A DNA stretch of 64,000 nt from an uncultured Methanolobus sp. (GTDB lineage: Archaea; Halobacteriota; Methanosarcinia; Methanosarcinales; Methanosarcinaceae): contig OY776215.1 of NCBI GenBank assembly GCA_963675495.1, positions 320,001 through 384,000 of the forward strand, given 5' to 3'. Shown here in pieces: positions 51,448 through 62,191 of this stretch. Numbering within the stretch: the stretch's first letter is position 1; every line of letters starts with the position of its first letter. Position numbers and translations under genes: made by a program. The notes under the pieces were generated by a model, which worked only from the letters and a program-made list of their open reading frames with translations, was not told the DNA's origin and did no database searches.

Positions 51448-53826
51448 GTGATTAAAAGGATGAAGGCTACGCTATTCAAACAATTATCACTGATGATCAT
51501 TGTAGCAGTAGCTTTTCAGTTTTCAGCAACAGCACTTGCAGAACAGCCAGTTATAATCACAGACAAAGCATCCTATAATCCCGGGGAAACCGTATATATA
51601 TCCATAAACGAGACAGGCAATGTCACAGCACACGTTATTGACCCATTAAATAGACTAACAGAGCTTACATTAGTCCCATCGGAAGATGCTTATCTTACAG
51701 AATACTTCCCACAGCAGGGAGTGGTTCTGGGTACATACATAATTCTTGTAAGCGGAGAACAGGTCAGTGAGACATGCGAATTCGATATACGGACACTATC
51801 TATAAACACAAGTTTCGAACAACAATATCCTTTAGGCGAGATATTCCTGTCTGGAAATATAACAGATGCTGCTACTCAAGCACCGGTAAATGCATCGGTA
51901 AATATTACGATAGATAACCTGACTGTTAGCACCTATGCTTTAAATGGTATTTTTTCGACGAATTGTTCAACGAACTTAACAGGTCAGAAAGTCGTGAGCA
52001 TTTCAGCTATTGATAACCAGAAAATAACAGGATCAAACACAGCAGAATTCGAGGTATATAATCCTACTACTGTTAACCTGGCCAGCAACACATCACAAAC
52101 TTCTGAAACGGCAACTACATCACCTGTGAGCAACAGTCTGGGCATAACTGCAGAACCACTGGAAACAAACAGTGCTCCCATGCTTTCATTCATCGGCTCA
52201 CAAACAGTCAATGAATCAGAATCTCTGACCATAACACTCAATGCAACTGACCATGATACCGATATACTGACCTACAGTACAAACGCAACTTTTGGAAACC
52301 TCACGGACAACGTTTTCACATGGACACCCGAAATTGGTGATTGCGGCGTTTACTACGTGGAATTCACGGCTTCAGACACTACACTCAACGACACCGAGAT
52401 AGTCACAATAACAGTAAATGCAAAACCTCCTGAGATCAATTCCATTGCAAACACCCCGGACCACTTGCTGCAGGGTGAGACCATAAACATCACAACCAAT
52501 GTGACAGATGTCCGGGCTGTGGACTCAGTGTGGGTTAAAATAAACGGAACGAACTATACTATGCAGAATATTGAAAAGCTAGAGGAATATAGCCTTACGA
52601 TCCAGCCAGGAAACGAAGGAAAGGACTCTTTCCTTTCTAAAAGAAACACTAACAATAACTATGGAACTTCTGAATATATTGGTGTCTCAAATACAAACTT
52701 TCAAGAGAGAGCAGTTCTTGAATTCAATCTTTCAGACATTCCTGCAAACGCAATCATCACCTCTGCACAACTGGAACTTTATTATTATGATGGAGGAGGT
52801 TCCTCAACAGGGCATATAGAAATCCATCGTCTGACCCAAAACTGGACCGAGACAGGAGTTACCTGGAACAACTACGATGGGTCTGCTTCCTGGACCAGCG
52901 CGGGAGGGGATTATGATACAAGGGTGGAAGATACAGTTTCAATAAGTGATGTTTACGGATGGTATGAATGGAACATAACCGATCTCCTTGAAAAATGGTA
53001 CAATGGCACATATACGAACTATGGTGCCATACTTACAAAAGAAGGAAATAAAAACTCTAAGAACTTCTATAGCAGTGATTATTCTAATTCAGATTACCAC
53101 CCAAAGCTTACTATCAACTATACAATTATCAATGCAACAAACGATTGGAACTACATCTTTAACACTTCATCACTATCCTCCAGCATCTATGATTACACGG
53201 TCTACGCAAGCAACACAGCTGGAAGTGAGGCAGTACCACAAACAGCAAACTTCACAGTAAAGGCCAATGAACCACCTATATTAACTCCGATAGGGTCACA
53301 AGCGGTCAATGAATCAGAAACATTGTCCATAAAACTCTCGGCAACTGACCCCGATGAGCAAACGATAACTTACGGCACGAACGCAACATTCGGAAACCTC
53401 ACTGGTAATGTATTTACATGGACAACAGACTACACTAGCAGCGGAGTATATTACGTAGAGTTCACTGCCTCTGATGGCAAGCTTAATGATTCCGAAACCA
53501 TCACAATCACGGTCAATGAAACATACATAGACATCAGCATCATCAAGAGTATCGAGAAGGGAACTGAAGCTGACAGTTACAATGTAAACCTGAAGTTGAC
53601 GAACAATGCAGAATACAATATAACTGGCATTAGACCATATGAGCTCATCCCCTCCAGCTTCCAAGTATCCAGTCCGGCACATAATTACAGCGGTCCCTAT
53701 GGTAATATGTATTACTGGGGCCTGAACCTTGCAGCAGGGGAGAGCAAGACTGTGACGTATGCAGTTAGCGCAAACGGAAAGTATTGTGCTAAAGACCTTT
53801 TCAGAACAGGAGTTGCCAACTCATGA
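51448..53826 (+). CDS. Multidomain surface protein (Ig/cadherin-like repeats, DNRLRE-type domain, DUF11-like C-terminal domain)
   Basis: DK.SYNPGETV; two N.AP.L..IG.Q.VNESE.L...ATD.D repeats; DSFLS...NYG...ERAVLEFNLS.IP...SAQLELY...PKLTINY; IIKSI...YELIPSSF. Confidence 0.85.
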   Translation: MIKRMKATLFKQLSLMIIVAVAFQFSATALAEQPVIITDKASYNPGETVYISINETGNVTAHVIDPLNRLTELTLVPSEDAYLTEYFPQQGVVLGTYIILVSGEQVSETCEFDIRTLSINTSFEQQYPLGEIFLSGNITDAATQAPVNASVNITIDNLTVSTYALNGIFSTNCSTNLTGQKVVSISAIDNQKITGSNTAEFEVYNPTTVNLASNTSQTSETATTSPVSNSLGITAEPLETNSAPMLSFIGSQTVNESESLTITLNATDHDTDILTYSTNATFGNLTDNVFTWTPEIGDCGVYYVEFTASDTTLNDTEIVTITVNAKPPEINSIANTPDHLLQGETINITTNVTDVRAVDSVWVKINGTNYTMQNIEKLEEYSLTIQPGNEGKDSFLSKRNTNNNYGTSEYIGVSNTNFQERAVLEFNLSDIPANAIITSAQLELYYYDGGGSSTGHIEIHRLTQNWTETGVTWNNYDGSASWTSAGGDYDTRVEDTVSISDVYGWYEWNITDLLEKWYNGTYTNYGAILTKEGNKNSKNFYSSDYSNSDYHPKLTINYTIINATNDWNYIFNTSSLSSSIYDYTVYASNTAGSEAVPQTANFTVKANEPPILTPIGSQAVNESETLSIKLSATDPDEQTITYGTNATFGNLTGNVFTWTTDYTSSGVYYVEFTASDGKLNDSETITITVNETYIDISIIKSIEKGTEADSYNVNLKLTNNAEYNITGIRPYELIPSSFQVSSPAHNYSGPYGNMYYWGLNLAAGESKTVTYAVSANGKYCAKDLFRTGVANS
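52168..53520 (+). repeat. Intragenic duplicated cadherin-like module (about 52168-52420 and 53266-53520)
   Basis: Similar at DNA and protein level (TNATFGNLT.NVFTWT...GVYYVEFTASD..LND). Confidence 0.8.
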
Positions 53827-55118
53827 GATATCAATCTGTGATTCTGATGGTACTGCTTTTATCGGGAATTTTCTTTACATTTAATGCCGATGCTGTACCC
53901 TTGGATCTCCAACTCCGAACTACAGAATATTTAAGCGGTGTGATCTTTTATCCAAATGGAAGTTCTGCTTATGATAATGTGACTGGTATACTGTACCTGA
54001 CAAATCCATCATTGAATCACACTGTTTCGGATATAAGCATAAACTTCAGTGACCAGGTATCTCCTGGATCAAAACATATAAACCACCTTGAACCGAATTC
54101 AAGCACGTCGATACCTTACAGTATAATTATTTCTGACGTCGCCATACCCTTGTCTGTAAGGGAGTCTTTTACACCAACAAAGATCACACAGGGAATAGAA
54201 CAGGAAGTAGTATTCACTGTAACAATGAATAATTCCGGAAATGAGAATATTTCCATAATTGCTTTTGAAAAGGAATTTTCCAATGAACTGGAATATAGAA
54301 CAATAGAATCTTCCAGAGGAAATTTGTCATTTTTAAACAATACCTGTCTTTGGAGTGCGTTTGAGCTGTCACCGTATTCTGAGGAAACGCTCACCATTAC
54401 ATTTGGCATAATGGCTAATTCCGATATCAGCATAAACCCTTCGACCTTATCTTTCATAAGTCCGGTGTATGCAGTTGCAAACAATCTATCGGTTTCCGCA
54501 ATTACTGACACGACATTCACAGTTGAAAAGGAAAAGATCTATGATGACAATTGGAGGGTAGGCGTTATAGTTGAAGATTCCAGTGATTTTGACTATTCAC
54601 TTTATCGGGTAGAAGTATACGTTTCTGATACAATGCTCAATGATACAACACTGATAAAGGAGTATGATCTTAATACCACTCTTAATCCAGGTGACTCATG
54701 GAATGACTGGTTTTTCTACGAATATGAAGGAACACCTGTATTCTTTGCCAGAATATTTTACACGATATCTTACAGCATCTCCGGTACTTCCATGCCTTTG
54801 ACAGCATCACAAAGCGGAGGATTTATTATCAGTTCGACTGTTCAACCGCTTAGCGAGATTGAAAGCTCAATTGGCGGTATGGTCGAACCCGCACAAGCAG
54901 ATACTCCAGCAGAGAATATTTCACAGAACATAACTGAACATCTTCAGTACAACATAACCCAGATAGAAAGTATTAGTCCATTGTTCCAGACAAAACCAAT
55001 TATTAATGAACAAAATGAGAAAACATCATTTATTGATATTGAAAAAGTTCAATATGTCGCATATGTAGTATTTGGCGCAGGTGCTATGCTGCTTGTTCTT
55101 GGTAAAACTAAGTTTTGA
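53823..55118 (+). CDS. Membrane-anchored surface protein, paralog of 48816..50519
   Basis: Signal peptide, motif order shared with the 567-aa protein, C-terminal TM; ATGA overlap with the upstream gene. Confidence 0.78.
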   Translation: MRYQSVILMVLLLSGIFFTFNADAVPLDLQLRTTEYLSGVIFYPNGSSAYDNVTGILYLTNPSLNHTVSDISINFSDQVSPGSKHINHLEPNSSTSIPYSIIISDVAIPLSVRESFTPTKITQGIEQEVVFTVTMNNSGNENISIIAFEKEFSNELEYRTIESSRGNLSFLNNTCLWSAFELSPYSEETLTITFGIMANSDISINPSTLSFISPVYAVANNLSVSAITDTTFTVEKEKIYDDNWRVGVIVEDSSDFDYSLYRVEVYVSDTMLNDTTLIKEYDLNTTLNPGDSWNDWFFYEYEGTPVFFARIFYTISYSISGTSMPLTASQSGGFIISSTVQPLSEIESSIGGMVEPAQADTPAENISQNITEHLQYNITQIESISPLFQTKPIINEQNEKTSFIDIEKVQYVAYVVFGAGAMLLVLGKTKF

Positions 55119-55391
55119 ACCTAAAAATCATGAAGAGCAGAAATAATCATTTCCGGTCATTGTAATTCATTTAAGAGGAACTGATTAAATCACTGTAATG
55201 ATCGCATATCGTTTTCTGTTACGTGGTATTTTAGTTGCTTCCTTTATTTCTTATCGACTTTTTAAGGGCAATAATATCGTTTTCAAAGATTATTGCTATT
55301 CTAATAATACTTTAAAATCGACAGATATTGCTGTGAGTTATAACTGTGGACGGGAGCAAAATTAATTAAATATATGCATAAATGAAAAACA

Positions 55392-55522
55392 GGCTCTGTA
55401 GAAAACCGATTAAAATCACAATCAATAGCCCAAATTCTACAAAAAAATCACCATTCAGGGCAACATACTAAGCATTTATAGAGTTGCATAATCGCTTGAA
55501 TTTAGAGGATTTCTACAAAGCC
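55392..55522. mobile_element. 131-bp MITE with IS5/IS903-like terminal inverted repeats
   Basis: GGCTCTGTAGAAAACC ... GGATTTCTACAAAGCC (14/16 inverted match) flanked by the 8-bp direct repeat GAAAAACA (55384-55391 and 55523-55530). Confidence 0.85.
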
Positions 55523-55581
55523 GAAAAACAACCATATAAATAACAATCAACAAAATTAATAATAATTGAGGATAGGAGTGA

Positions 55582-56307
55582 TTGAGGTTGAACATCAGAT
55601 TACTTACAGTTGCAGCAGTTGTCTTTCTTATATTCATGACTTCAGGTTGTGTATCAGACAGCACTGAAGACAATAATATCAATACAACGCCAGATGCTGA
55701 TGAACATACAGAAAATACCGACGATGCTAATGTGACAACAGGCGCAATAACGTCTCTTAGCCATGGGTATTCAGAGAATGACAGCCAGAGCACAGTCTAT
55801 GCTATTGTTGGCGATACAATTGTTGTTGACCTTAAAGAGAATCCCACAACCGGATATTCATGGAATATGACATACAGTAGCGGACTTGAGCTTAAAGATG
55901 ATATGTTCCTTCAAGAAAGCATGCATGTAAACCTTGCAGGTGTAGGTGGTTCTCACAAATGGATCTTTGAAGTTACTGACACAGAAGAGCAGAACATATC
56001 CGCAGTATACATCCGTCCATGGGAAGAAAGGACAGGAATCGAGAACAGCTATAATCTGGCTATAATTGTACTTGCTGAAAATGAACTTATAACCAACAAC
56101 GGAAAGGTAACATACAACGATATTGAAGGCGGTTTCTATGGAATCACTGGAACTGATGACGTAAAGTATGATCCTGTAAACCTACCTGAAGACTTGAGTA
56201 CTGATGACACAGAGATTAGATTTACAGCCTATCCACGTGATGATATGGTGAGTTTCCACATGTGGGGACAGATCATAGAATTAAGGACCATCGATCAGGT
56301 CTTATAA
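55582..56307 (+). CDS. Lipoprotein with chagasin/I42 protease-inhibitor domain
   Basis: Lipobox TSGC; LKENPTTGYSW, GVGG..WIF, YIRPWE. Confidence 0.88.
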   Translation: MRLNIRLLTVAAVVFLIFMTSGCVSDSTEDNNINTTPDADEHTENTDDANVTTGAITSLSHGYSENDSQSTVYAIVGDTIVVDLKENPTTGYSWNMTYSSGLELKDDMFLQESMHVNLAGVGGSHKWIFEVTDTEEQNISAVYIRPWEERTGIENSYNLAIIVLAENELITNNGKVTYNDIEGGFYGITGTDDVKYDPVNLPEDLSTDDTEIRFTAYPRDDMVSFHMWGQIIELRTIDQVL

Positions 56308-56599
56308 AACCAAATACAGTACTTCGCTAATTTCGGCTCCATAGAAATTCTACTAACTCTTCTCTGAATAAATATTTGAAAAAACATAAATATAGTTTGA
56401 ATAATGTTCATTCTATAATTATTATATGTATTGTTTACAATAAAATTGAACTATTGCGCATATCAAATAATGGGAAAGGAAGTGGTATTGCGGATTATTA
56501 ATCAGTGGGTAGACTATTATCTCGATTAGTAACCCCTAGTAAACGATTCCTCTCTCAAAAAATAAATGAATCGTTAATCAGAATCTGGAAGGGCATTAA

Positions 56600-56710
56600 A
56601 TGGGAAGAAGAATCTTATCCAGCATAATGACTATTGCAATTGTGGCTCTTCCTCCTCATATTGCCGGGGTTAATAGTACTAGCTGGAAAGAGATTGGTGA
56701 TATGATTTAG
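56600..56710 (+). pseudogene. 5' remnant of a TasA-like (SipW-type signal peptide) gene
   Basis: MGRRILSSIMTIAIVAL aligns with LERELLFSIMIIAVVAL at 62192, then diverges and stops at 56710. Confidence 0.55.
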
Positions 56711-56852
56711 CTTAATGAAAAAGAGGGTCAAGATAATCGCGTTTCTTTAAAATGCATTAAGTATATCCCACATTATTATATTAAAAAAGATTATATATAA
56801 TAACTAAGAAACTTCAGGTCATTGATGATTAATATCATGTTTCTAGAAATAA

Positions 56853-58088
56853 ATGAGGGAAAGTATGAAAAGTGAACAAAATATCTGTGTAGGGACAAGT
56901 CATGATTCTGACTCAATTAAGGCTGGTCAATTAGCAGCATGTGAATCTATGAGTTTACTGGAGAGAAGTGAGTTAGTTGGCTGGGCACTGGCATTTTGTG
57001 GGGGACGGCATAATAGCGAGTTTTTTCTTGAGGGACTGCGCTCTCAACTTGGTGAAGTTGAGATTGTGGGCGGATCTACTATTGGCACAATATCAAACAG
57101 TTCTATAAGCTACACTGGATATGAAGGTTCTGTGGCTATATTTCCTGCTTCCATTCCTAAACCTATTATTATAGCAGTTGATGAACTGCATGCTGGGGAA
57201 ACTGAGGCAGGTCTTAAACTTGGATCTAAGCTTCGTGAAATTGCGAATGACGGAGATACGGTGCTTCTTTTTTACGATTCTATACGCAGAAGTCCGCCCC
57301 CTGAATTGTATACAGGCAGCCTGTTAATAAGTGGTATTTACAAGGGTCTTGCAGGAAAAGATCTTACGTTAATAGGGGCTGGAACTGTCGGGGATTATCA
57401 ATTCGCTCAAAGTTTTGTATTTGATGGGTCCCATAGTGTTAAACATACCGTGGTGGCGGTTTTATTGCCTTCGGTTTTGAGAAGTCATAACATTATTATG
57501 CACGGCTGTATTCCAATCAGTTCTTTCCTGGAGGTTACCAGGGTTGAAGGGCCTATAATTTACGAATTGGATGGTCGGCCGGCTCTAGAAGTAATCTCGC
57601 AAATGCTTCAAAAAGAAATAGACGATCTGGCCGATACACTGTCCCTGACTGTGACCCTTGGTGAAAAACATGGGGATCTTTATGCACCCTATGAAGAATC
57701 TGCTTATAAGAACCGGCTAATTATAAATTCTAACCTGAAAGATGGTTCAGTGACGCTTTTTGAAGCCGATTTTAAAGTGGGTACAAAAATCCAGATTATG
57801 TCGCGCAATAATCAACTGATGCTTGATTCGGTACGCAAGGGGACCGGTGAATTGATCAAATCCATTGGCCAACAAAAGCCCATTTTTGCCCTTTACACAG
57901 ACTGTGCCGGCAGAGCTTCTTGTTCAAATGGCGCAGAGGTTGAAGAAGCAAGTATTTTGCAGGCTGAGCTTGGAAAAGATATACCTCTTCTAGGGTTTTA
58001 CTCAGGAGTGGAAATTGCTCCTGTATTGGGTCAAAGCCGTCCACTCGACTGGACAGGCGTGCTCACGTTGTTTACCTTGGAGGGTTAA
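56853..58088 (+). CDS. FIST signal transduction protein (FIST_N + FIST_C)
   Basis: IVGGSTIG, IMHGCIPI, IYELDGRPA, DCAGR, PLLGFYSGVEIAP. Confidence 0.9.
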   Translation: MRESMKSEQNICVGTSHDSDSIKAGQLAACESMSLLERSELVGWALAFCGGRHNSEFFLEGLRSQLGEVEIVGGSTIGTISNSSISYTGYEGSVAIFPASIPKPIIIAVDELHAGETEAGLKLGSKLREIANDGDTVLLFYDSIRRSPPPELYTGSLLISGIYKGLAGKDLTLIGAGTVGDYQFAQSFVFDGSHSVKHTVVAVLLPSVLRSHNIIMHGCIPISSFLEVTRVEGPIIYELDGRPALEVISQMLQKEIDDLADTLSLTVTLGEKHGDLYAPYEESAYKNRLIINSNLKDGSVTLFEADFKVGTKIQIMSRNNQLMLDSVRKGTGELIKSIGQQKPIFALYTDCAGRASCSNGAEVEEASILQAELGKDIPLLGFYSGVEIAPVLGQSRPLDWTGVLTLFTLEG

Positions 58089-58091
58089 TCG

Positions 58092-59786
58092 TTGATAGAT
58101 GATCTCAAACGTGAACGAGATTTCTACCGTAACCAGTGTAATGATGTGGGTTCGAGGTTGATACGCCTACAAGAAGAGTATGCTCAATCTAAACTGGAGG
58201 GAAAACGCGCTTATACAACAGCCAAACTTATTAATGAGTTATATCAGCTTGACTACTCCAGCATCTCTATGGATGAGGTGGGTAAGCGTTTCCTTGAGAT
58301 TATTCTGGAAACGCTGAATGTTACCGGTGCAACCATAATGAAGTATTTGCCGGAAAAACGCTGTTTCATCGCCCAGCATGCCCTTGGTTTACCACAATCT
58401 GCGAAACCTATTCTCATTCCACCAATCCTGCCCGGGGAGTATCATTTTGTCAACTCAAATAGCGCCTCGGTTCCTTTATTAAACTGTCTGCTCCAGGCCA
58501 CTGGTATGCCTTATCTGCTATGGGCTTTCAATTCCCATGCCGGGTTTGCGCTGGCGGTCGGGAATGATACGGAGGATCAGCATCTTAAATGCCGATTTGG
58601 TGAAATGGATAAGGATATTGTCGTCGGAGCTTTGAACATCTTCATTGATATTGCCAAACGCAAGCAAGCTGGAATGAAAATACAGGAATCAGAATATAAA
58701 TTTAGAACCATATTCAACAACGTCAATGATGCGATTGTTATGCATGATATGGATGATAACATCCTGGAGGTAAATGAAGTAGCTTGTAAGATCCTCGGTT
58801 ACAGTCTAGGTGAGTTGTTGCAGATGTCACTGAGGGACCTGGATGCTTTAGAATCCATAGTATTGTCGCCTGCTTTTATTAAGGAACAACAGAGTTGTGG
58901 GCATGCTTTATTTGAGAGTGTATGTTGTTGCAGGGATGGTTCTACTATCCCAATCGAGGTCAGTAATTGTATCATTAGGTATGACGGAAAGCCAGTTGTG
59001 CTCTCTGTTATCCGAGACATCACTGAGCGCAAGAAATCTGAGAAGATGTTGGATGAAAAAATTAAATCTGAAGCTGCCAATTATGCTAAGAGCGAGTTTT
59101 TAGCAAATATGAGTCATGAATTGAGGACACCGCTAAATGCAGTCATAGGTTTTTCAGATTTGCTTTTAATTAAAGGTTTTGGTGAATTCAATGAAAAGCA
59201 GTTAAAATATCTCAACAATATCTCAATAAGTGGTAAACACCTTTTACAACTCATCAACGGAATATTAGATCTCTCGAAAATTGAAGCTGGAAAGATGGAA
59301 CTGCACATAGAAGAGTTACCCATATCTGATGCAATAGATGAGGTGAAGGTGGGACTAAAAACTTTGGGATCAAAGAAAAATATTGATATAAAATATTATC
59401 TGGATAAAGAACTAACAGCCATAAAAGTTGATAAAACCAAATTCAAGCAGATATTATACAATCTCATAAATAATGCAATAAAGTTCACGCATGAGGGTGG
59501 AGCTGTTGCCGTTAATGCTCGACCAGAGGGTGACAAAGTACGAATCAATGTTATCGATAATGGGGTTGGAATATCTAAAGAAGACCAGAAAAAGCTTTTC
59601 CAACCTTTTGCGCAGCTTAACAGATTCGAGTCCAAGGAACAACCTGGAACCGGATTGGGATTGGCTCTTGTCAAACGTTTTGTTGAAATGCATGGGGGCG
59701 AGGTTTGGGTTGAAAGTGTGTTGGGCAAAGGTAGCAAATTTAATTTTACGATCCCGATTGAAACGAGTACAAACAATTCTAATTAA
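58092..59786 (+). CDS. Sensor histidine kinase (GAF-like, PAS, HisKA, HATPase)
   Basis: FLANMSHELRTPLNA, NLINNAIKFT, DNGVGI, GTGLGL, MHGGEV. Confidence 0.95.
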   Translation: MIDDLKRERDFYRNQCNDVGSRLIRLQEEYAQSKLEGKRAYTTAKLINELYQLDYSSISMDEVGKRFLEIILETLNVTGATIMKYLPEKRCFIAQHALGLPQSAKPILIPPILPGEYHFVNSNSASVPLLNCLLQATGMPYLLWAFNSHAGFALAVGNDTEDQHLKCRFGEMDKDIVVGALNIFIDIAKRKQAGMKIQESEYKFRTIFNNVNDAIVMHDMDDNILEVNEVACKILGYSLGELLQMSLRDLDALESIVLSPAFIKEQQSCGHALFESVCCCRDGSTIPIEVSNCIIRYDGKPVVLSVIRDITERKKSEKMLDEKIKSEAANYAKSEFLANMSHELRTPLNAVIGFSDLLLIKGFGEFNEKQLKYLNNISISGKHLLQLINGILDLSKIEAGKMELHIEELPISDAIDEVKVGLKTLGSKKNIDIKYYLDKELTAIKVDKTKFKQILYNLINNAIKFTHEGGAVAVNARPEGDKVRINVIDNGVGISKEDQKKLFQPFAQLNRFESKEQPGTGLGLALVKRFVEMHGGEVWVESVLGKGSKFNFTIPIETSTNNSN

Positions 59787-59982
59787 GACTCTGTAGAAAT
59801 CCCATAAACTTGACTGATTTTTAGATGTAGCTTGTTTAAAAAACAAATGTTACAAACTGTTTTGTACTACAAAACAAAAGAGCATTTCCTTTTAAGTTAA
59901 TTCATGCTTACAATATTGAGCAAGTATGGGGGTTGCTTTAAACCAGTTATATCCCAAGTGTGACAGTCAAAAGTAATAAATG

Positions 59983-61029
<1,047 letters not shown>

Positions 61030-61054
61030 AGGGCATTGCTGAGCTCAAGTGGAT

Positions 61055-61706
61055 TTAATTAGCAAAGTGCTGGGGTAAGCTGAAAATAGGAAGGCTTTTC
61101 ACAAGCCCGAAATCAACCATTCCAAATTCGATACTCAGGATGTAACCTACCAATACACTCGCAATGACCAGCATGGTTTTGAAAGTACCTTTTACTTTCA
61201 AGGCAACAAGAATTATAGTGATTAACGTTACAAGAGCAATGGTGGAAGAAGACAGAATAGTAGAGCCCGAAGCATCGGCAAAATAATTAAAAGAATGCTG
61301 GACTGCCACATTGGCAAGAGAGAAAACCATAAGCATGATGGTTATACCCTTTACAAGAGTTGAGAAAAGGTTTTTCAGTTTACCGATGAGTCCTAAAGCC
61401 CCCTGTTAGCCCTTAGAGGATACCACCTACGATCAAAGCACCTTCCATCGCAGCAAGCCCAATACCAGAACCTATAGAAATGAGAGCGGGAATAAAGGCA
61501 AAACTCGACCCCTGTACTATCGGGAACTTAGAACCAATGAAGGTTTGCAAAAGAGTGGCAATACCCATTGCAAGAAGAACAGACTGCATCAGCAGTGCAA
61601 TATCCTAAAGTGGAAGACCTATGGCAGAACCAATCACTAGAGGAACAGTGATGGTTGCACCGAACATTGCCAGCACATGCTGAAATCCTAAAACAATTCG
61701 TTTCAT
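61055..61706 (-). pseudogene. UraA/xanthine-uracil permease pseudogene, copy 1
   Basis: MKRIVLGFQHVLAMFGAT start and GSKFPIVQGSSFAFIP; internal stops, frameshifts and 3' truncation. Confidence 0.85.
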
Positions 61707-62191
61707 ATAAATCACCAGGATATTCGTGTCAGTAAATACTAGAATTTACTAGAATTCAATTCTAAAAAAACTATTTTGACCAACCTGGATATAGTTGCTG
61801 GATTTTTTGAAACGAACGTTACAAAATAAGCTGATGCACAAATAACAATTAATTTTCAATGATAATAATTCCAGACACTTCAGTTAAAATTAAGGCGAAC
61901 TTCTTGAAATTGTGTATACATGCACCCATAATATCCCATCGCGATGGGAGGATATTTAAATATCTATCACAATACTTCAGTAATATTTATATAAAAAAAA
62001 GTATATTTATTTTAAATAATAATTTGCATTATAAAAACAAACAATTGCAGATTAGATCATAATTGGAAGGGAGCTATAATTGCAGGTTATGAACTTAGGA
62101 ATGTTTTAATCTTTAATTGCACCCCCCCCTAAATTTACAATAAAAACTCATAATGTTGGTGATTGTACACAATTTGTTTGGAGGAAAACTA

